Origin: an uncultured Puniceicoccaceae bacterium
GTDB lineage: Bacteria > Verrucomicrobiota > Verrucomicrobiia > Opitutales > Oceanipulchritudinaceae
Direction of reading: 5' to 3'
Assembly (NCBI GenBank): GCA_963933835.1
Contig: CAWVVV010000003.1
Location: 160,001-224,000 of the forward strand
DNA length: 64,000 nucleotides
Shown: piece by piece, positions 62,682-64,000 of the stretch
Position numbering within the stretch: position 1 is the first letter of the stretch
Layout: each line of letters begins with the position of its first letter
Position numbers and translations under genes: made by a program
The notes under the pieces: generated by a model
Told to the model about the DNA's origin: nothing
Databases searched by the model: none
The model's input: the letters and a program-made list of their open reading frames with translations, nothing else

Positions 62682-62760
62682 CACATCCCGATCGGGACAA
62701 CAAAGCAGCCTTTTATAGAATGGAGTGATCGGAATTTCGATCAGGTGGCGGATTTAGACT

Positions 62761-62840
62761 GGAGGGACCGGCTCCCGCCGGTCCGCTACGCTCACAATTC
62801 ACTTTATCCACGCCGCGGACAGGCAGGAGCCTGTCCCTCC
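62761..62840. repeat. REP/REPIN-like palindromic element, copy 3
   Basis: GGAGGGACCGGCTCCCGCCGGTCCGC ... GCGGACAGGCAGGAGCCTGTCCCTCC. Confidence 0.8.
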
Positions 62841-62930
62841 ATTGTTCTTCTTCAGCGTTTAAAGGGACACAGGGCATGAGGAACCGCACGAATGGCCCCT
62901 GAATTCAAAGGCTGAAGGTATTAGAGAGAC

Positions 62931-62961
62931 AAAAAAGCCCGGCCAAAAATTGACCGGGCTT
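62931..62961 (-). terminator. Intrinsic terminator after sod
   Basis: AAAAAAGCCCGGCCAA-AAA-TTGACCGGGCTT. Confidence 0.8.
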
Positions 62962-62986
62962 GAAAAGCGAGATGTGATCGCAGCGC

Positions 62987-63619
62987 TTAAGCAGTCGCTG
63001 CTTGGTAGTTGGCTTCAACCGCCGACCAATTAACCACACTCCAGAAGGCCGAGATGTAATCTGGGCGGCGATTCTGATAGTTGAGATAGTAAGCGTGCTC
63101 CCATACGTCCAGTCCGAGGAGAGGCGTGCCTGAAATGCCCGCATAGGCATCACCCATCAATGGACTGTCCTGATTTGCGGTTGAGCCCACCGAGACAGAT
63201 CCATCGGAATTGGCCACGAGCCAAGCCCAACCACTGCCAAAGCACGTCGCGCCAGCAGCGGCAAAGGCTGCCTTAAACTTATCAAAGCTACCGAAGGCTG
63301 CGTTAATTTTCGCAGCAACCGCTCCAACGGGCTCTCCACCCGCATTCGGGCCAATGACCTTCCAAAAGAATGAGTGGTTTGCATGACCGCCTCCGTTATT
63401 CCGGACAGCGCCGCGAACTGCTTCAGGGAGCGCATCGAGATCTGAGATGAGCGCGTTAACATCAGACGGAGCGGCGATGCCAGCACCCGAAAGTGCATCG
63501 TTCACCTTGCCGATATAGGCGGCGTGGTGCTTCGAGTGATGGATTTCCATCGTTTTCGCATCAATGTGAGGCGCGAGCGCGTCGTATGCGTAGTCTAAAT
63601 CCGGTAGTGTGTATGCCAT
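62987..63619 (-). CDS. sodA: Superoxide dismutase, Fe/Mn family (GGH motif suggests Mn or cambialistic)
   Basis: [45 protein letters not shown]. Confidence 0.93.
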   Translation of the reverse strand: MAYTLPDLDYAYDALAPHIDAKTMEIHHSKHHAAYIGKVNDALSGAGIAAPSDVNALISDLDALPEAVRGAVRNNGGGHANHSFFWKVIGPNAGGEPVGAVAAKINAAFGSFDKFKAAFAAAGATCFGSGWAWLVANSDGSVSVGSTANQDSPLMGDAYAGISGTPLLGLDVWEHAYYLNYQNRRPDYISAFWSVVNWSAVEANYQAATA

Positions 63620-63704
63620 GTGGTCTATTGAGTTAGAGTTTGGTTTCGATTTCGAGAAATAACGTTAACGGAGACATAAAAGGGTCAAATGAGTGATGTG
63701 ATTT

Positions 63705-64000
63705 TCAATCCTGCCCCCCTTTTAACGCACTTAAGTCGACGGCCTTGCGTTCTCCACCGACGAAGTAGTGTAGCGCATCAAAGCCTTCTTCAGCCAAGGT
63801 CGGGATAACCTTGTCGAAAAAGCGCCCAACGGATTGCGGGGAGTGGGCATCGGATCCGATCGTCAGTTTAAGCCCCAGCTCTTGTCCCCAAGAGCGGATG
63901 ATAGGATCCGGGTGTTCGATCATCGGACCTTTCGCTCGTCCGCTCGTATTAACTTCCCAGCAGACATCGGCCTCGACCGCCGCTGAAATCGCTTCACGAA
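63705..64000 (-). CDS. C-terminal part of a PHP-family (HisJ-like histidinol) phosphatase running off the right edge
   Basis: Minus frame reads ...AAVEADVCWEVNTSGRAKG...HPDP...LTIGSDAHSP..VG. Confidence 0.8.
   Translation of the reverse strand, partial: REAISAAVEADVCWEVNTSGRAKGPMIEHPDPIIRSWGQELGLKLTIGSDAHSPQSVGRFFDKVIPTLAEEGFDALHYFVGGERKAVDLSALKGGQD

Noticed and set aside
62685..62745. Short palindromes TCCCGATCGGGA and TGATCGGAATTTCGATCA after tadA
   Set aside because: Single occurrences with no U-tract; no function can be supported.

Overview
Bacterial chromosomal window, roughly mid-50s % GC by eye. Gene content (DUF5069 protein, PEGA/FGE kinase-like protein, Bacteroidetes-type PurF, fused PurL, GHIJKLMDCEF T2SS order, GGAGGG...CCCTCC repeats) suggests Verrucomicrobiota, probably Opitutales; this is inference. 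Most of the window is housekeeping: asd, mnmM-like, NSS transporter, TonB-dependent iron receptor plus feoAB, ychF, system II cytochrome c biogenesis, glgC, glmS, glnD, purM/purF/purL, a type II secretion cluster, pyrE, two porins, tadA and sod. Three tRNAs (Val-TAC, Tyr-GTA, Arg-ACG) and a vapBC pair are also present. No CRISPR array, integrase or transposase was seen. The most unusual signals are: (1) a hybrid histidine kinase whose N-terminus looks like an isolated FliA/sigma28 region-2 domain, a PhyR-like sigma-mimic architecture; (2) a GxxExxY nuclease gene bracketed by 29-bp inverted repeats of three CAGAT units, plus a third partial repeat suggesting a cassette-like mobile unit; (3) three dispersed REPIN-like elements; (4) a pseudokinase-PEGA-FGE membrane protein preceded by a possible structured RNA; (5) four gene lesions that each look like loss of one unit of a short repeat, either real decay or assembly artefact. 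All domain calls come from hand recognition of motifs; no searches were run.
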